A stretch of 63,603 nt of DNA, counting the filler, from Octopus bimaculoides (Eukaryota), in NCBI RefSeq assembly GCF_001194135.2. It is 5 parts of 5 records of this genome, joined end to end, with 100 filler letters (N's around TTAATTAATTAA, not from the genome) between each part and the next. Parts side by side here need not be neighbours in the genome. Positions count along the whole stretch, not along the records: positions 1 to 30,896 come from NC_068988.1; 4 more parts are not named here. One strand, 5' to 3'. This document shows, in pieces, positions 1 through 12,574 of the stretch (positions are counted from its first letter, which is position 1; every line of letters starts with the position of its first letter). The translations under genes were made by a program, and so were the position numbers. The notes under the pieces were generated by a model. It ran no database searches. It had not been told where the DNA came from and saw only the letters and a list, made by a program, of their open reading frames with translations.

Positions 1-87
1 ATACTGGGATAGATAGTAACGATTTGTCTTCTCCCTAAATCAGGAATAATTTTGATTATTATAACTATTATTATTGTGACAAATAAA

Positions 88-518
88 GGCGGCGAGGTGG
101 CAGAATCGTTAGCACACCGGACGAAATGCTTGGCGGTATTTCCTCTGTCTTTACGTTCTGAGTCCAAATTCCGCCGAGGTTGACTTTGCCTTTCATCCTT
201 TCGGGGTCGATAAATTAAGTACCAGTTACGCACTGGAGTCGATGTAATCGACTTAATCGCTTTGTCTGTCCTTGTTTGTCCCCTCTATGTTTAGTCCCTT
301 GTGGGCAATAAAGAAATAGGTATTTCTTCTGTCTTTACGTTCTGAGTCCAAATTCCGCCGAGGTTGACTTTGCCTTTCATCTTTTAAGGTTCGATAAATT
401 AAGTATCAGTTGCGTACTGGGGTCGATAAATTAAGTACCAGTTGCGTATTGGCATCGATCTAATCGACGGACTCCTCCCCACTCCCAAATTTCAGGCTTT
501 CTGCCAATAGTAGAAAGG
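88..518 (+). mobile_element. Dimeric tRNA-derived SINE (family A) with 16-bp TSD
   Basis: A-box-like TGGCAGAATCGTTAG, B-box-like GAGTCCAAATTCC, core GCCTTTCATCCTTTCGGGGTCGATAAATTAAGTACCAG present twice. Flanked by ATTATTGTGACAAATA (70-85) and ATTATTGTGGCAAATA (519-534), 1 mismatch. Confidence 0.9.
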
Positions 519-558
519 ATTATTGTGGCAAATATCTGGCAGAGTGGTCAACACTGTG

Positions 559-604
559 ATCACAACTGTCAGTTTCAGGTTTTCGTTCGTCGGTCAGTTG
601 TGAT
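559..604 (-). ncRNA. Degenerate inverted partner hammerhead-like motif
   Basis: Minus strand reads ATCACAACTG-A-CCGACGA-ACG-AAAA-CCT-GAAA-CTGA-CAGTTGTGAT: 10-bp stem I, but the GUH triplet is missing. Confidence 0.45.
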
Positions 605-607
605 GAT

Positions 608-647
608 AACTCTCCGACGAACGGAAGCGTGAAACTGAGTAAGAGTT
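608..647 (+). ncRNA. Minimal type-I hammerhead ribozyme-like motif (U4C core variant)
   Basis: Stem I AACTCT/AGAGTT; core CCGACGA; stem II ACG-GAAG-CGT; GAAA; stem III C-TGA-G; cleavage triplet GTA (639-641). Confidence 0.6.
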
Positions 648-804
648 TGTGAAGATGTTTTTTTTTTTGGTTTTAATAAAAAGCATATTACTCTATCTTC
701 GGTATTCGAGTACTATATTTTATTCCACCTTGTTTTGCATTTATGTGCTTACTTGTATATACACACGTACACACACATACATAATATTTATACACTCCTA
801 CTCC

Positions 805-843
805 ACCTTCGTTATCATCATCACCATCACCATCACCATTATG

Positions 844-901
<58 letters not shown>
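805..901. repeat. (CAT/CAC)n plus (ATT)n microsatellite
   Basis: Direct reading. Confidence 0.95.
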
Positions 902-902
<1 letters not shown>

Positions 903-3074
903 ATAAAATATCGATATAAAATGAAAACTATGTATACAACGGTGGTAATGGTGACGCTGGCACCGGCGGTGGTCGTAGACGTGTTGATGGTGGAGTGACA
1001 AGACACAAACAAAATCAACACCAACGATAAGATGAAACGAAACAAAGTTTTTTATTGTTGTTGTATTTGTTGTCATTGTAATTATTTTTCTTCTTCAATA
1101 CAAAGAACAACGATTGAAACTCTTTATCGAATAAATTTTCTCTTATATTCTTTTCGCAGACTAAACTAATCGTTTGTTTTTATATTCATTTATATAGTCT
1201 TTATTAATGAGTTTTTGGCAAGTTTTGTTAAGGACGGATATCTCTGCGGAACCATGAAATAACGAACTGGTATGAGTTACGATTCAGTCTGACGAGAGAT
1301 CGCTTTCATAATAATCATTGGGCAACAATTTTAGTATCTTTTTAGTTTCATTATCGTTAGTGAATACGTTGTTGTTGTTGTTGATGTTGATGTTATTACT
1401 GGGTTTTTTTTCGCTACGTTGCTTTCGTAGTTTTGTTTTCTTTTTGTATTTTAATATTTTGTATGTATTTTGTATTGTTTGTGTGTTTTTTTTTAATATT
1501 TCCGTTGTTTATTTTATAGTGTTATTTCTTGTTCAAAATTTATTTTGCTCTTCTTTTGGTGCCATTCATATGTTATTTGATCTGCTGCTATAGAATCCTG
1601 TTTATTTTTTTTCTTCTTCTTTTCTTGCGGTTGATGACTGCTGCTGAGATAGCATTACAGACACAATAACAACAACAGCAACATTAATAAATGATAACAA
1701 CAAGATCATCATCAACAACAACAGGTTTAATCATAACTGCAAGATCAGTATCACTGGCGTTGATTAAGGGGAGAGACCATTAATAATAACCCTGATGGAG
1801 ATGAGGAGGAGGAGAAAGATTAAGAATGCTCAGAAATAAGTTACAATTTATAGTCGCCTTCATACCACACACAAACAAAAATCACTTGAATAATAAAATC
1901 ATATATTTTTTTTCTTCTAAATTAAGCAACTGGAAGGACAGAAACTCACAGAAAGGTGGCATGGAGATAATGTGACCTCGATAGCTTTGTCAAGGCCTTT
2001 AAGAATATAAATGAGCGGAAGATGTATCATTGTGGATGCGAACCATGATAGCTTAATCGACATATCAATGCTATATGCGATCTAATCGGTAAAGGAGTTC
2101 GTATGATATCTGCGTCGTTTTGGGTTCAATCCCCCTGTGCAGTCTATTGCATATGTTTTCTGCTATAATATTCCTTGATGGAACAAAGCCTTATGGCCGA
2201 ATTTGGTGGGAAAATGATCCAGCCTTCAGTAAATTTTCAGGAAATTCTTTGAATAACTTGCGAACCGACATCATACATGTACACATTTCAGAGTTTTTGC
2301 TCCACCCTGTCCCTTTCCTAGGAAGGAATTGGAACTTAGCAAGACAGGGTAACGGAATCAGTTATCAATTGCATAAAGAATTTCTATTGATTACCGACTG
2401 AGCTATATATTACTCTAGTGTATTTCTAGACTGCCGTATATATTAGCGAGGATTCAGTAGTGATGTGTTTACAAATAATTCTAACGTTGACTTCATCATG
2501 TTAACAGCGGGTAATACATTTCAGAGACGTGTTACCGATTCGGGTACATATTTCACACTGTGTATGAAATTAGAATGACTTAAATCAAAATTATTTACAG
2601 TTCTTCAGCGTCAACAAGCAACTGACACGGTAAACTCTCGCGGACGCATCGGTCTGTTCATTGTAATCAATGGATTTGTATTGCCAGTTTTTAGGGTGAT
2701 CGAACGTTTGATAAAATAAATATACCAGCCCTAACCATTCAACGCAATTACATAACCTGTTGCTATAATTATCTGCACCGTCTCTTCATATATTACCCTA
2801 TCGCCTTAAAATTGATCACAAATATCCTGGATCAAGTGCCTTTGAATGCAATATATCAAAATTAAGGTGGTGTACTGGCAGAAATTTAAGAATGCTAGGC
2901 AAGATTTCGTTTGTCTTTTCTTTCCGAGTTCGAATGCCGTCAAAGTCAACTCTGCTTTTCCTCCTTTCAGGGTCGATAACATAAATGCTAATTAGACACT
3001 GAAATAAATGCAATCAACTCCTTCTCCCCGCGAAGGTGATATACTTATGCCAAATTTATAAACCAATATGATAA

Positions 3075-3203
3075 TCCTTTCGACTTAGCCTGTCATCCTT
3101 TCAGGGTCGATAAATTAAGTACCTGTTGCATACTGGGGTCGATCTAACGCACTGGCCTTCTTCCCCCAAAATTTCGGTCATTGTGGCTAGAGTAGAAAAG
3201 AAT
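3075..3203 (+). mobile_element. SINE family A, 5'-truncated
   Basis: Core CATCCTTTCAGGGTCGATAAATTAAGTACC and tail CCCCAAAATTTC...AGAGTAGAAAAGA. Confidence 0.85.
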
Positions 3204-3214
3204 GTGATAATCCC

Positions 3215-3619
3215 TTCTTTTATACACGCAAAGCCTGAAAGTTTGTTAGGTAGGGGACTAGTCGATTATATTGATGCCAGTGTTCAACTGGTATTTATAT
3301 TAACGACCACCGGAAGGATTAAAGGGAAAGTGGACCCCGATAATTTTGAACTCAGATCGTAAAGACAAACGAAATGCTGCTAAAGTCTTATCCGGCGTGC
3401 TAACGATTCTTTTCTACTCTAGGCACACGGCCCGAAATTTTTGGGGAGGGTACCAGTCGATTATATCGACCGCAGTACACAACTGGTACTTAATTTATCG
3501 ACCCCGAAAGGATGAAAGGCAAAGTCGACCTCGACGAATTTGAACTCAGAACGTAACAGCAGTCGAAATACCGCTAAGCATTTCGCCCGGCATGCTAACA
3601 ATTCTGCCAGCATGCCGCC
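3215..3619 (-). mobile_element. Two head-to-tail SINE family A copies
   Basis: Reverse-complement matches to the family A head and core at about 3215-3409 and 3408-3619. Confidence 0.85.
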
Positions 3620-4221
3620 CTTCACATAGCAATATAATAACTGTATAAGTATACCATTATCAATCTCCTTCACAAAGCACCAGTACAAGATCTCACTACT
3701 CTCCCAAATAGCATAATTGATGGACAGATCCATGCACATAGCTCATCTTTATACAACAAATAATAAAGATAACAAACAAAGGAATTAAATGTGATGGTAT
3801 TGCCATAGATTCGAATTCCCTTTACATTTATCCGAAGCAATCTACACAGACACACATGTAAATAACCCACCAAGTATGCTGCAATGATCTGATAGCAATA
3901 TAATTTCACAAAAATGGCCTCCTGCATTTCAATTGTATTTCATTCAATTCCACGTATATAAATACATCATGCACAGGTGAAGAAGTAGCCTTTGGACATT
4001 GGGTTTAGAGGCACTGAGCCTTAGTACTCAGCCACACGATCCAGTTCTGTGTAATACCATGCGAAAGTGTCCTCTGATGTAGCATTTGTTTGGTAAATGC
4101 CTTCTGAGTTAAATTTCTTAGATGAAATCGTGCCAAACAACGTCGTATACATACACGTACATACGTTTTTAGACATATGCACAGATAAATGCACACACGC
4201 GTATAGCTAGATATTGAGGTA

Positions 4222-4377
4222 TAGGTGTACACAGACATACATACAAACATACATACATACTTACATACACACATACATACATATATATACATATATATAC
4301 ATATATTTGTATACATGTCTGCATATCTGTCATTCTCTCTCCCTCTCTCTCCATTTCTCTCTCCCTCTATCTGTCTA

Positions 4378-4446
<69 letters not shown>

Positions 4447-4500
4447 ACATACATACATATATACATATATATACATACATAAACACACATGTGTGCGAGT
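4222..4500. repeat. Compound (CATA)n/(TCTG)n/(TCTA)n microsatellite
   Basis: Direct reading. Confidence 0.95.
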
Positions 4501-5363
4501 GTATGTATGCATGTTTTATGTATCTTTGTATACTATCATGAATATTTTTTCGGCGATGTATATCAGTAAAAGTTAAGCACGTTGTTGAGCAAATCGATAA
4601 ACTGATGTCTTTGATACAAAATTTATTGTGATGTGAATTGGAAATGCTGTGACCTAGCCAGTGATTAGCCATAACAAACGATGACGCTATTATTTACAAA
4701 ATGCATGATATAATAACAACCTATGCTTTGACAATATGTCCAACCCAATCAGCACATACTATCAGTGGACAAAGGAATAGTACTCTTAAAAACTTCCAAA
4801 AGCACCAGTGGATCGAGTTCCAAAGGGAAAGATTTACAGATTTCAACTATGCTACAATCACCAACATATACACTACAGTAAATACATTCGATAAAATAAT
4901 TGTAGGTACATTAAGGAATAAAAAAAATTCCCATAAGGAAATACAAATATATACATACACAATAACATAAAAGGAATATTCTGTGATAAAATCTAAGGAC
5001 AAGCCCAACCGTAATATTTTAGAGCCATAAAGAACAGATGTAAAACTCAACATTGAATAACTAAACGAAATATCAAAGATATAAACTATAGAAATAAAAA
5101 TTTGTAACCAGGAGAAACCACAAAGGGAAAAATAAAATACTATAGAGTAATTAGCGGCATAAATAAAAACAAGAACTTCACCATGCATCATGTCACAAAA
5201 ACAATCTAGAAAGCGATACCCATATTCCAATGCTAAGCAAACGCCCTTATTCGTTTCTTGGAAATCAACCATCAAAATCGTACATCGAAAACAAAAATAC
5301 GAAACAAAACATTAATCAAATTCTTGCTAGACAAGGATTTTTCTATGAGAAATAGAATAAACC

Positions 5364-5779
5364 TTTCCACTATAGACACGCAGACTGAAATTTTGGGCTA
5401 GTGGAGTAGATGAACCGTACTGTTCAACTGCTACTTTTTTTATCGACTTCGAAGGAACGAGAGGCAAAGTCGACCTCGTGAGAATCTGCATTTAGAACGT
5501 AGCGATGGGCGAAATACCGCTAAGCATTTCGCCCGGCGTGCTAACGATTCTGCCAGCTCCCGCCTTTCTTTTTTACTCTAGGCACAAGGCCTGAAATTTT
5601 TGGGGAGGGGACCAGTTGATTAGGTAGATCGCAGTACATAAACTGGTACTTAATTTATCGACCCCGAAAGGATAAAAGGCAAAGTCAACCTCGGCGGAAT
5701 AGACACTCAGAACGTAGAGACGGGCGAAATAGCGCAAAGCATTTTGTCCGGCGCGCTAACGATTCTGCCAACTGGCTGC
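5364..5779 (-). mobile_element. Two head-to-tail SINE family A copies
   Basis: Copies at about 5364-5564 and 5566-5779, each ending in GCTAACGATTCTGCCA on the plus strand. Confidence 0.87.
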
Positions 5780-6723
5780 TTTCATCAAAGATAGAATAAT
5801 AACAAATATTCAAACTCAAAAACCTCAGAGCTTTACAAAATCTGAGATATGCATGAAAGAAAAAAATAATATAGGAGGGTCTGAAGAAATCAAGAGACTC
5901 GACAGTACCAAAAACTCTGCAAAAAATATGCAAGAAGTGAAATGGGAACGCTCAAAGATGTTATAACGACCAGAAGTCTCGCCACAATGAAAGATCTCTT
6001 GGTCGCAACTGGTCGTTCAGCCGAGTAGCTATGTACTATAAGTCTTCTCGATCAAAGCTGATGTGCGGCTACACTGCCACCACCGNNNNNNNNNNNNNNN
6101 NNNNNNNNNNNNNNNNNNNNNNNNNNNNNNNNNNNACTACCACCACCACCACCACCACCACCACAACCGCCACCGCAACAACAGCAACAATAAAACAATA
6201 TTTTCAAACTAATTAGGCATAGTGTTACATCCATAATTTATACGTATGGAGTGTTTCTGATTGTGCATTGGCTAATAATAAACATCTAAAACTAATTAGA
6301 TCTATTTCTCAGTCTGTCTCTTCAAGTGCAGAGTTATTTAATGAATAGGCGGGAAATGTTACACGTATAAAAATGCACATTGCTACATACTCTATCATTA
6401 AGACAAGGTTCCAGAGTTATATTTCCTAAAACAACTTTAACATCCTACAAACCGGATTTTAAAGTATTAACTGCAAGAATAAATATTCAATAAAAGCTTT
6501 TAATGAGTTGAGATTTATCAATAGATTTTAGTGAGTAATAATGAGCGGAAACTCGCTACGGAGTGAGCGGACAACATATACTTATCAATATATCAATGTG
6601 TATATACATATATATATATATATATATTGATAGAAAAGAAAACAAAAGAAAGAAAGAGACCTCGATATTATGTAAATAGAGGAATTTATCTGTAAAAATA
6701 TGTGACAATTATTCGGTAGCCAT

Positions 6724-6784
6724 GATAAAATTCCGAGTTTCGGATGCCGGGGCGGAAACCTACGCCGCCATCTCTTCGGTTATC
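6724..6784 (-). ncRNA. Degenerate hammerhead-like motif (CCGAAGA core)
   Basis: Minus strand: GATAA-CCGAAGA-GATGGCGG...CCGCC..CATC-C-GAAA-CTCGGA-A-TT-TTATC. Stem I GATAA/TTATC; an A sits where G16.2 is expected. Confidence 0.45.
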
Positions 6785-6929
6785 TGGCCATTGAAAATTG
6801 CTATGGAAATGGCCGTTAAACAAAGGGAAATTGCTGTGTGGTTGACCGTTATTAAGACAAAAGAGCTATTAGAATGACCGCTAAGTGAGGGGAGGGAGTA
6901 CAGGTAAGGGAGTAAAAAAGTCCATAGTA

Positions 6930-7216
6930 TTCGCGTAGACATATCCGCCTTTAGCCGAGTAAATCAGCTCCAGGACTTATTCTTTGTATTTCGGGAACGT
7001 AAGCACACCAGCATCGGTTGTCAAGCGATGTTTTAACAAACGCGCACACACACATATACGACGGGTTCCTTTCAGTTTCCGTCTACCAGATCCACTCACA
7101 AGGCTTTGGTCGGCTCGAGGCTATAGTAGAAGACACTTGCCCAAGGTGCCACGTAGTGGGACTCTGCCCAGAACTATGTGATTGGTAAGCAAGCTACTTA
7201 CCACATAGCCACCCAC
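6930..7216 (-). mobile_element. CORE-like tRNA SINE (family B)
   Basis: Reverse complement of GTGGCACCTTGGGCAAGTGTCTTCTACTATAGCC plus head GGCTATGTGGTAAG. Confidence 0.85.
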
Positions 7217-7223
7217 CCCTGCA

Positions 7224-7271
<48 letters not shown>

Positions 7272-7955
7272 AATCTATATGTAAGTAAACAGGTAAGTAT
7301 ATTGATAGGTACCTAGGTAATACGGATAGACAAGCACACACATACATGCACTCATACACACATACACGCACAAAGATGACTATAACACACGACCATATAC
7401 ACACACGCACACTTCACAAACACAGCTAATCTGTAGCGATTAGGTGTTCAACATGTTGAAATATTTATGTATGTATGTAGGTATGTATATAGTATGTCTT
7501 CTCTGGTTTTAATTATTCAAATTCTGATGATGAAGGAGCTCGTTTCTAACAAAGATGCAAAGCTCCATCTTTGGAATTTGGATAACAGAAACAATGTCAC
7601 ATTTTAAACCTGAGAAATGTCTTGCACTGTTTTATGTTCCTCTTACAAATTGAATATATAACATGAGAATTTTCTGAAAATCCAAGCTTATCCAAGGTGA
7701 CGCTTATGCATTTACTTACAAAACCAAGTGCTCCAGTTATTATTGTAAATTTGTAATATGTGTGCGTGTAAATACGTTCTCGACGGACCTCCACCGTGTT
7801 TTTCTCAACCAAATGCACTCGTAAGGTATTGGTCAGACAGGGTTATAGTAAACGGCAACATTCCAAGGCCATGCGTGGTGAGATTGAATCCAAACATGAA
7901 ACCAAGTGTTTAAAAATTAAGCATCTTTACTAATTTAATTCGGAAAGATGTCATA

Positions 7956-8115
7956 GGCGCAGGCGTGGCTGTGTGATAAGAAGCTTGCTTACCAACCACA
8001 TGGTTCCGGGTTCAGTCCCACTGTGTGGCACCTTGGGCAAGCATTTGCTACTATAGCCACGAGCCGACCAAAGCCTTGTGTGTTGATGTGGTAGACGAAA
8101 ACTGAAAAAACCCGT

Positions 8116-8162
<47 letters not shown>

Positions 8163-8362
8163 CTGTGTTTCTCCTACGCCATCGCTTGACAAGCGATGTT
8201 GTTGTGTTTACGTCCCCGTAAACTAGCGGTTCAGCAAAAAGAGATCAATAGAATAAGTACCAGGCTTACAAAGAATAAGTCCTGGTGTCTATTTGTTCGA
8301 CTGAAGGCGGTACTCCAGCATGGCCGTAGTCAAATGACTGAAGTAAGTAAAAGAATAAAAGA
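7956..8362 (+). mobile_element. CORE-like tRNA SINE (family B), near full length with internal (TA)/(TG)n
   Basis: GGCGTGGCTGTGTGATAAGAAGCTTGC...GGGTTCAGTCCC...GTGGCACCTTGGGCAAG, resembling the CORE motif GTGACCTTGGGCAAG; 3' part ends GTAAAAGAATAAAAGA. Confidence 0.88.
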
Positions 8363-8387
8363 ATTTGCAGCTCATGAACACACACAC

Positions 8388-8425
<38 letters not shown>

Positions 8426-9666
8426 AAAGGTCAGTCTTCTTATCAAGCAACATGGTCACCCTTGGTATATAAAAGCATGTGAAAAGAGCCCTTGAGAGTA
8501 TTACATCCAAAGTGTAGTGTAATACCAATAAATAAATACTAAAGTAAATAAATAAATAAATAGATAAATAAATTTAAAAAAGCCCAACAACTGCAACGAT
8601 AATTAATTCCGTGTTTCCCAACAAACAATGTTAACAGTTAATAATTTGTTTGGGAGATCTTTTTACAATTTACTCTTTCTACGGTTGACTACCAAAGAGT
8701 TTCAAGTTTCAGACCATCTACTTCAAAAGTAACGTGGAAATATTTAATAAGAAAATACAAACCCCAACGAAAATATCTGAATCACAGACATTCCTAATTG
8801 TATAACATCCTTTTCCTCGATAAGGCTATTACGATGGTACATTCCAGGAAGATAACTATTATACAATGTTTGAAAGATTGTAATTTTCTTTTAGCTTTAT
8901 TTAATTGCCTGACAGAAGAAACTTGGATTCAAATGTATTCTATCCAGGTCAATGCTTCGTGCCTCCGCCATATTGTATCTAGAACTACGTTTTCTAATAT
9001 TGGTCTGTTTTACACTTGCTTCAGTCATTGGACTGCGGTCAGGCTGGAGCACCGGCTTTAAGTGTTTGGTTTAATATATTGATCCCGGTACATATTTTGT
9101 CAAGCAATGTAGAGAGACGGACACAAATAGAAAGATATACACAGACATGTATACATAGACGGTTTTTTTATTAGTATTCATCTATCAATTTCATTCGCAA
9201 GGCATTTGTCGGCCCGGGGCCATAGTGGAAGGTATTTGGCCAAGGTGCTGCTCAGTGGGAAACCTGAACAATATGTTTGAAAACAAAATTCTTGTTTCAC
9301 AGCCATATCTCTCTTCTTTATTTCATTAAAATTGGCCATAAGACCTTACAGAGAAGTAAAGAAGCAATGCGGGCTGGACATGCACATTAATGAAATGAGA
9401 GTTGATGAAATACGAATGGCATAAATGAGAGGGGTATTCCATATCTCTCTTCTTAACAAACCCCGCAACGTGATTGCAGTTTCGTCATTAACTTAAAATT
9501 TCGGATTAATAACACTTGGCATTGAGTAGAGAGACTGGCAGAAAAGGGATTAAGCTCAAACAAATCGCCTTACGCTTTATCACAATTCTTTCTATACGGA
9601 GTTTAAATACCGTCAGGACAGACTGATTTCTTTTTTTTTTTTAGTTCTTGCGGTATCACGAGAAGT

Positions 9667-10112
9667 TCTTCCTAATACAGGCACAAGGCCTAAAATTTCG
9701 GAGGAGGGGACTAGTCGAGTACATCGACTCCAATGTTCAGCTGGTACTTACGTTATCATGCCCGAAAGGATACAAAGCAAAGTCCACCTCAGTGGAATTT
9801 GAAATCAGAACGTTAAGACGGATGGAACACCGCTAACAATTTACCCGACGTGCTAACGATTGTACCGTCGCGTCACCTTTGGTATCCATAAAATTGGCTT
9901 CAAATATTAGCACAAGGCCAGCAGTGTCGGTGGGAGGGAGTAAGTCGATTACCTCCATCCCCAGCGCTCAACTGGTACTTATTTTATCGACCCCGAAAAG
10001 ACGAGGTAAAGTCTACATCGACGCCATTCGAAATCAGAACGTAAAGACGGACGAACCAACGGTAATGATTCTCTAGGCGTACTAACGATCCTACCAGCTT
10101 CCCAACTTCGCC
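9667..10112 (-). mobile_element. Two tandem SINE family A copies
   Basis: Copies at about 9667-9877 and 9905-10112. Confidence 0.8.
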
Positions 10113-11162
10113 ATCAATAAAATTAATACCATTTAATTACCGAGATCAATATTGTCGACTTGGAGCTTTCCCTGAAAATTTTGTTACTTTTTCTGCGTTA
10201 AAGAGTGATGCCTTAATTATTTACTTTTAAAATATATTCTATGCAAAGATATTTATAAGTTAGACTGGAGATTCACGAGTAGAAAACTATACTGTATCAG
10301 TTTTTAGATCGGGTTACTCAAAAAACACAAAGCCTCATGTCAAGTATTTATCTTTTTAGCTACAAAAATATAACATGTAACCTCATACACTTCTTACAAA
10401 CATTGGTATCTGATCGTTGATCTTTTTCTTTTCCTCTCCTCATAGGTATTTCTAATTACGTTTTTAAAGCTCACAACATTAAATATGCTGTTATTCTTGT
10501 TGCTGTTTTTTTTTTGTCAAGCCCATGCTCTTCCTGTGTAATTTCCTCTGCGATTTTTTGTTTGAAATAGGTAAATCTCTCCTGCAAGATTTTGTATATA
10601 ATGTACATTTCTTTCATTGACAGTGCAGCAAAATGTTGAGATTTATGCTTTGTCCACGAGGACATAGTGACTTAAAACGATATATTTACATTAACTATAA
10701 TAGGCAGATGGCTATTTTTATTTACTACCGATTTTATTGCATGCAACAAATATTTAGTTAGCCAGGCGGCAATGTAGTAACAGTGTATATTCTATTTACT
10801 ATTTCCTAATTTGTAAGTGACAAATCTTGGCAAGCATGTACTTGGCTGTGAGTAAAAGCTATAGATATGGCGAGGCGAAACTGGGATGTAACTGGAATTC
10901 TCGGTAACCACTACTATGATGATTTTCGTCCTCCCCCGACACACACACACATACACACACACACACACGTATATATATAACAATTGCAGCGTGGAAGATG
11001 TTTATAAGCCATTTTAGAAACACGCTAAAACCGTTATATTCACTTCAACATTTAAATTTATTTGCCAATTTTGTCAGTAAACAGGTCGCGGTCTCAAAGC
11101 GACGAAAATATTTTGGCAAATATCTTGCAGGAGACAAGCACCTCCACCCAGCTAAGCCTGCA

Positions 11163-11205
11163 TCCAAAGACATGTTTCTGATTCTTTGCTCGTCATCAGT
11201 CTGGA
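11163..11205 (-). ncRNA. Minimal type-I hammerhead-like motif
   Basis: TCCAGA-CTGATGA-CGAGCAAAGAATCA-GAAA-CATG-TC-TTTGGA. Palindromic CATG stem III, GUC triplet, 6-bp stem I with one G-U pair; stem II is weak. Confidence 0.6.
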
Positions 11206-11290
11206 GTAGCATGACCAGCTAGTCGAAGATGCCTGTCAAGCTCTTGTAAACATATAATAATTCTAGTGAAATACATTCAGGTTATGCTAC

Positions 11291-11333
11291 TCCAGACTGA
11301 TGACGAGCAAAGACTGAGAAACATGTTTCTAGA
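11291..11333 (+). ncRNA. Minimal type-I hammerhead-like motif
   Basis: TCCAGA-CTGATGA-CGAGCAAAGACTGA-GAAA-CATG-TT-TCTAGA. Stem I has 5/6 pairs; GUU triplet. Confidence 0.5.
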
Positions 11334-11807
11334 TGCTGGCTTAGCTGGGTGGAAGTGCTTGTCTCTTCCTTGTAAACATAAGGACACAGGAAATGTTTCA
11401 TGGCCGACACGAAGCGGTGCGGCTTCCTAGGTCTAACCAACAGTAGTATTATTCCCTTCAGGGGACTGTCACATTAAGTTGACAGCATACAACTACTTCA
11501 TCGTATTACTACTGCATAAATCTCTCTGAGAGATTTAGAAATATATCATTTCTAAAGAAGAAAAGGTTAAGAAAAAGTGTTCCTTGTTATATTTATTGCG
11601 GAATCAAATCATAGACAGACTCCAGAAACTGAGGAACACCACTCACTAAAATTATGATCGTCGACTTCATCGTCATCATGATCGCTTCCCGCGTCTCCAT
11701 TCCTTTCCTCTTCCACTCCTCTTCCACTCAGCCTCCTCATCGTCGTCATCATCGTCATCGTCAACAAAATATGAAGAGCTCCACTATCATCTTCATCATC
11801 GACATCA

Positions 11808-11882
11808 TACTACTATTACTACTACTACTGCTGCTGCAACTACTACTACTATTACTACAACTACTACTACTACAACTACTAT

Positions 11883-11939
<57 letters not shown>

Positions 11940-11945
11940 AATTAT
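11808..11945. repeat. (CTA)n microsatellite
   Basis: Direct reading. Confidence 0.95.
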
Positions 11946-11983
11946 CATTAAGCGTCACACTTTAATATTACCAATACAGTGTA

Positions 11984-12178
11984 AGGCAAGCTGGTAGGCT
12001 TAATGCTTAATGACATTTCTTTCATCTTTTCGTTCCGAGTTCAAATTCCACCGAGGTCGACTTTTCCTTTCGGGCTCAATAGAATGAATACCAGTCGAGC
12101 GATGGGATTGACGTAATTGATTTGCAACCCCCACCCCCACCCCACCAAAATTTCTTGTCTTGCGCTTATAGTAGAAAT
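11984..12178 (+). mobile_element. SINE family A, diverged
   Basis: GAGTTCAAATTCCACCGAGGTCGACTTTTCCTTTCGGG. Confidence 0.75.
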
Positions 12179-12361
12179 TATGTCTCTTACTGTTGGTATT
12201 TTACGTTTCCTCCTCTTCTTCTTCCTCATATCCCACGTGTTACTCTTCCGCTTCTTCTTTTTCTGCACATTCCTCTTTATTATCTTCCTCTTCTATCACC
12301 GCATCTTTTATCCTCTTCTTCCTTTTCCTCTTGCACTTCTTAATTTTGCTTCTTCTCTTTG

Positions 12362-12394
12362 TTCTTCTTCTTCCAGTTATTGTTCATGTAGTTG

Positions 12395-12439
<45 letters not shown>

Positions 12440-12472
12440 TTCTTCTTCTTCCAGTTATTGTTCATGTAGTTG

Positions 12473-12511
<39 letters not shown>

Positions 12512-12538
12512 TTCTTCCAGTTATTGTTCATGTAGTTG

Positions 12539-12574
<36 letters not shown>

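Larger units (their letters stand above)
11131..11365. repeat. 86-bp inverted repeat with 63-bp spacer, each arm carrying a hammerhead-like motif (Penelope pLTR-like)
   Basis: Arms 11131-11216 and 11280-11365 are near-exact reverse complements. Confidence 0.9.

Noticed and set aside
88-180. tRNA genes
   Set aside because: A and B boxes are present, but they are SINE heads with no cloverleaf and are followed by SINE bodies.
6230-6560. Penelope GIY-YIG C-terminus beside the 6.7-kb hammerhead
   Set aside because: There is only a vague resemblance across many stops, which is too weak to call without an HMM search.
10485-10541. Signal-peptide-like mini-ORF MLLFLLLFFFCQAHALPV
   Set aside because: The hydrophobicity comes from a T run, the splice donors are weak, and there is no supporting downstream exon.
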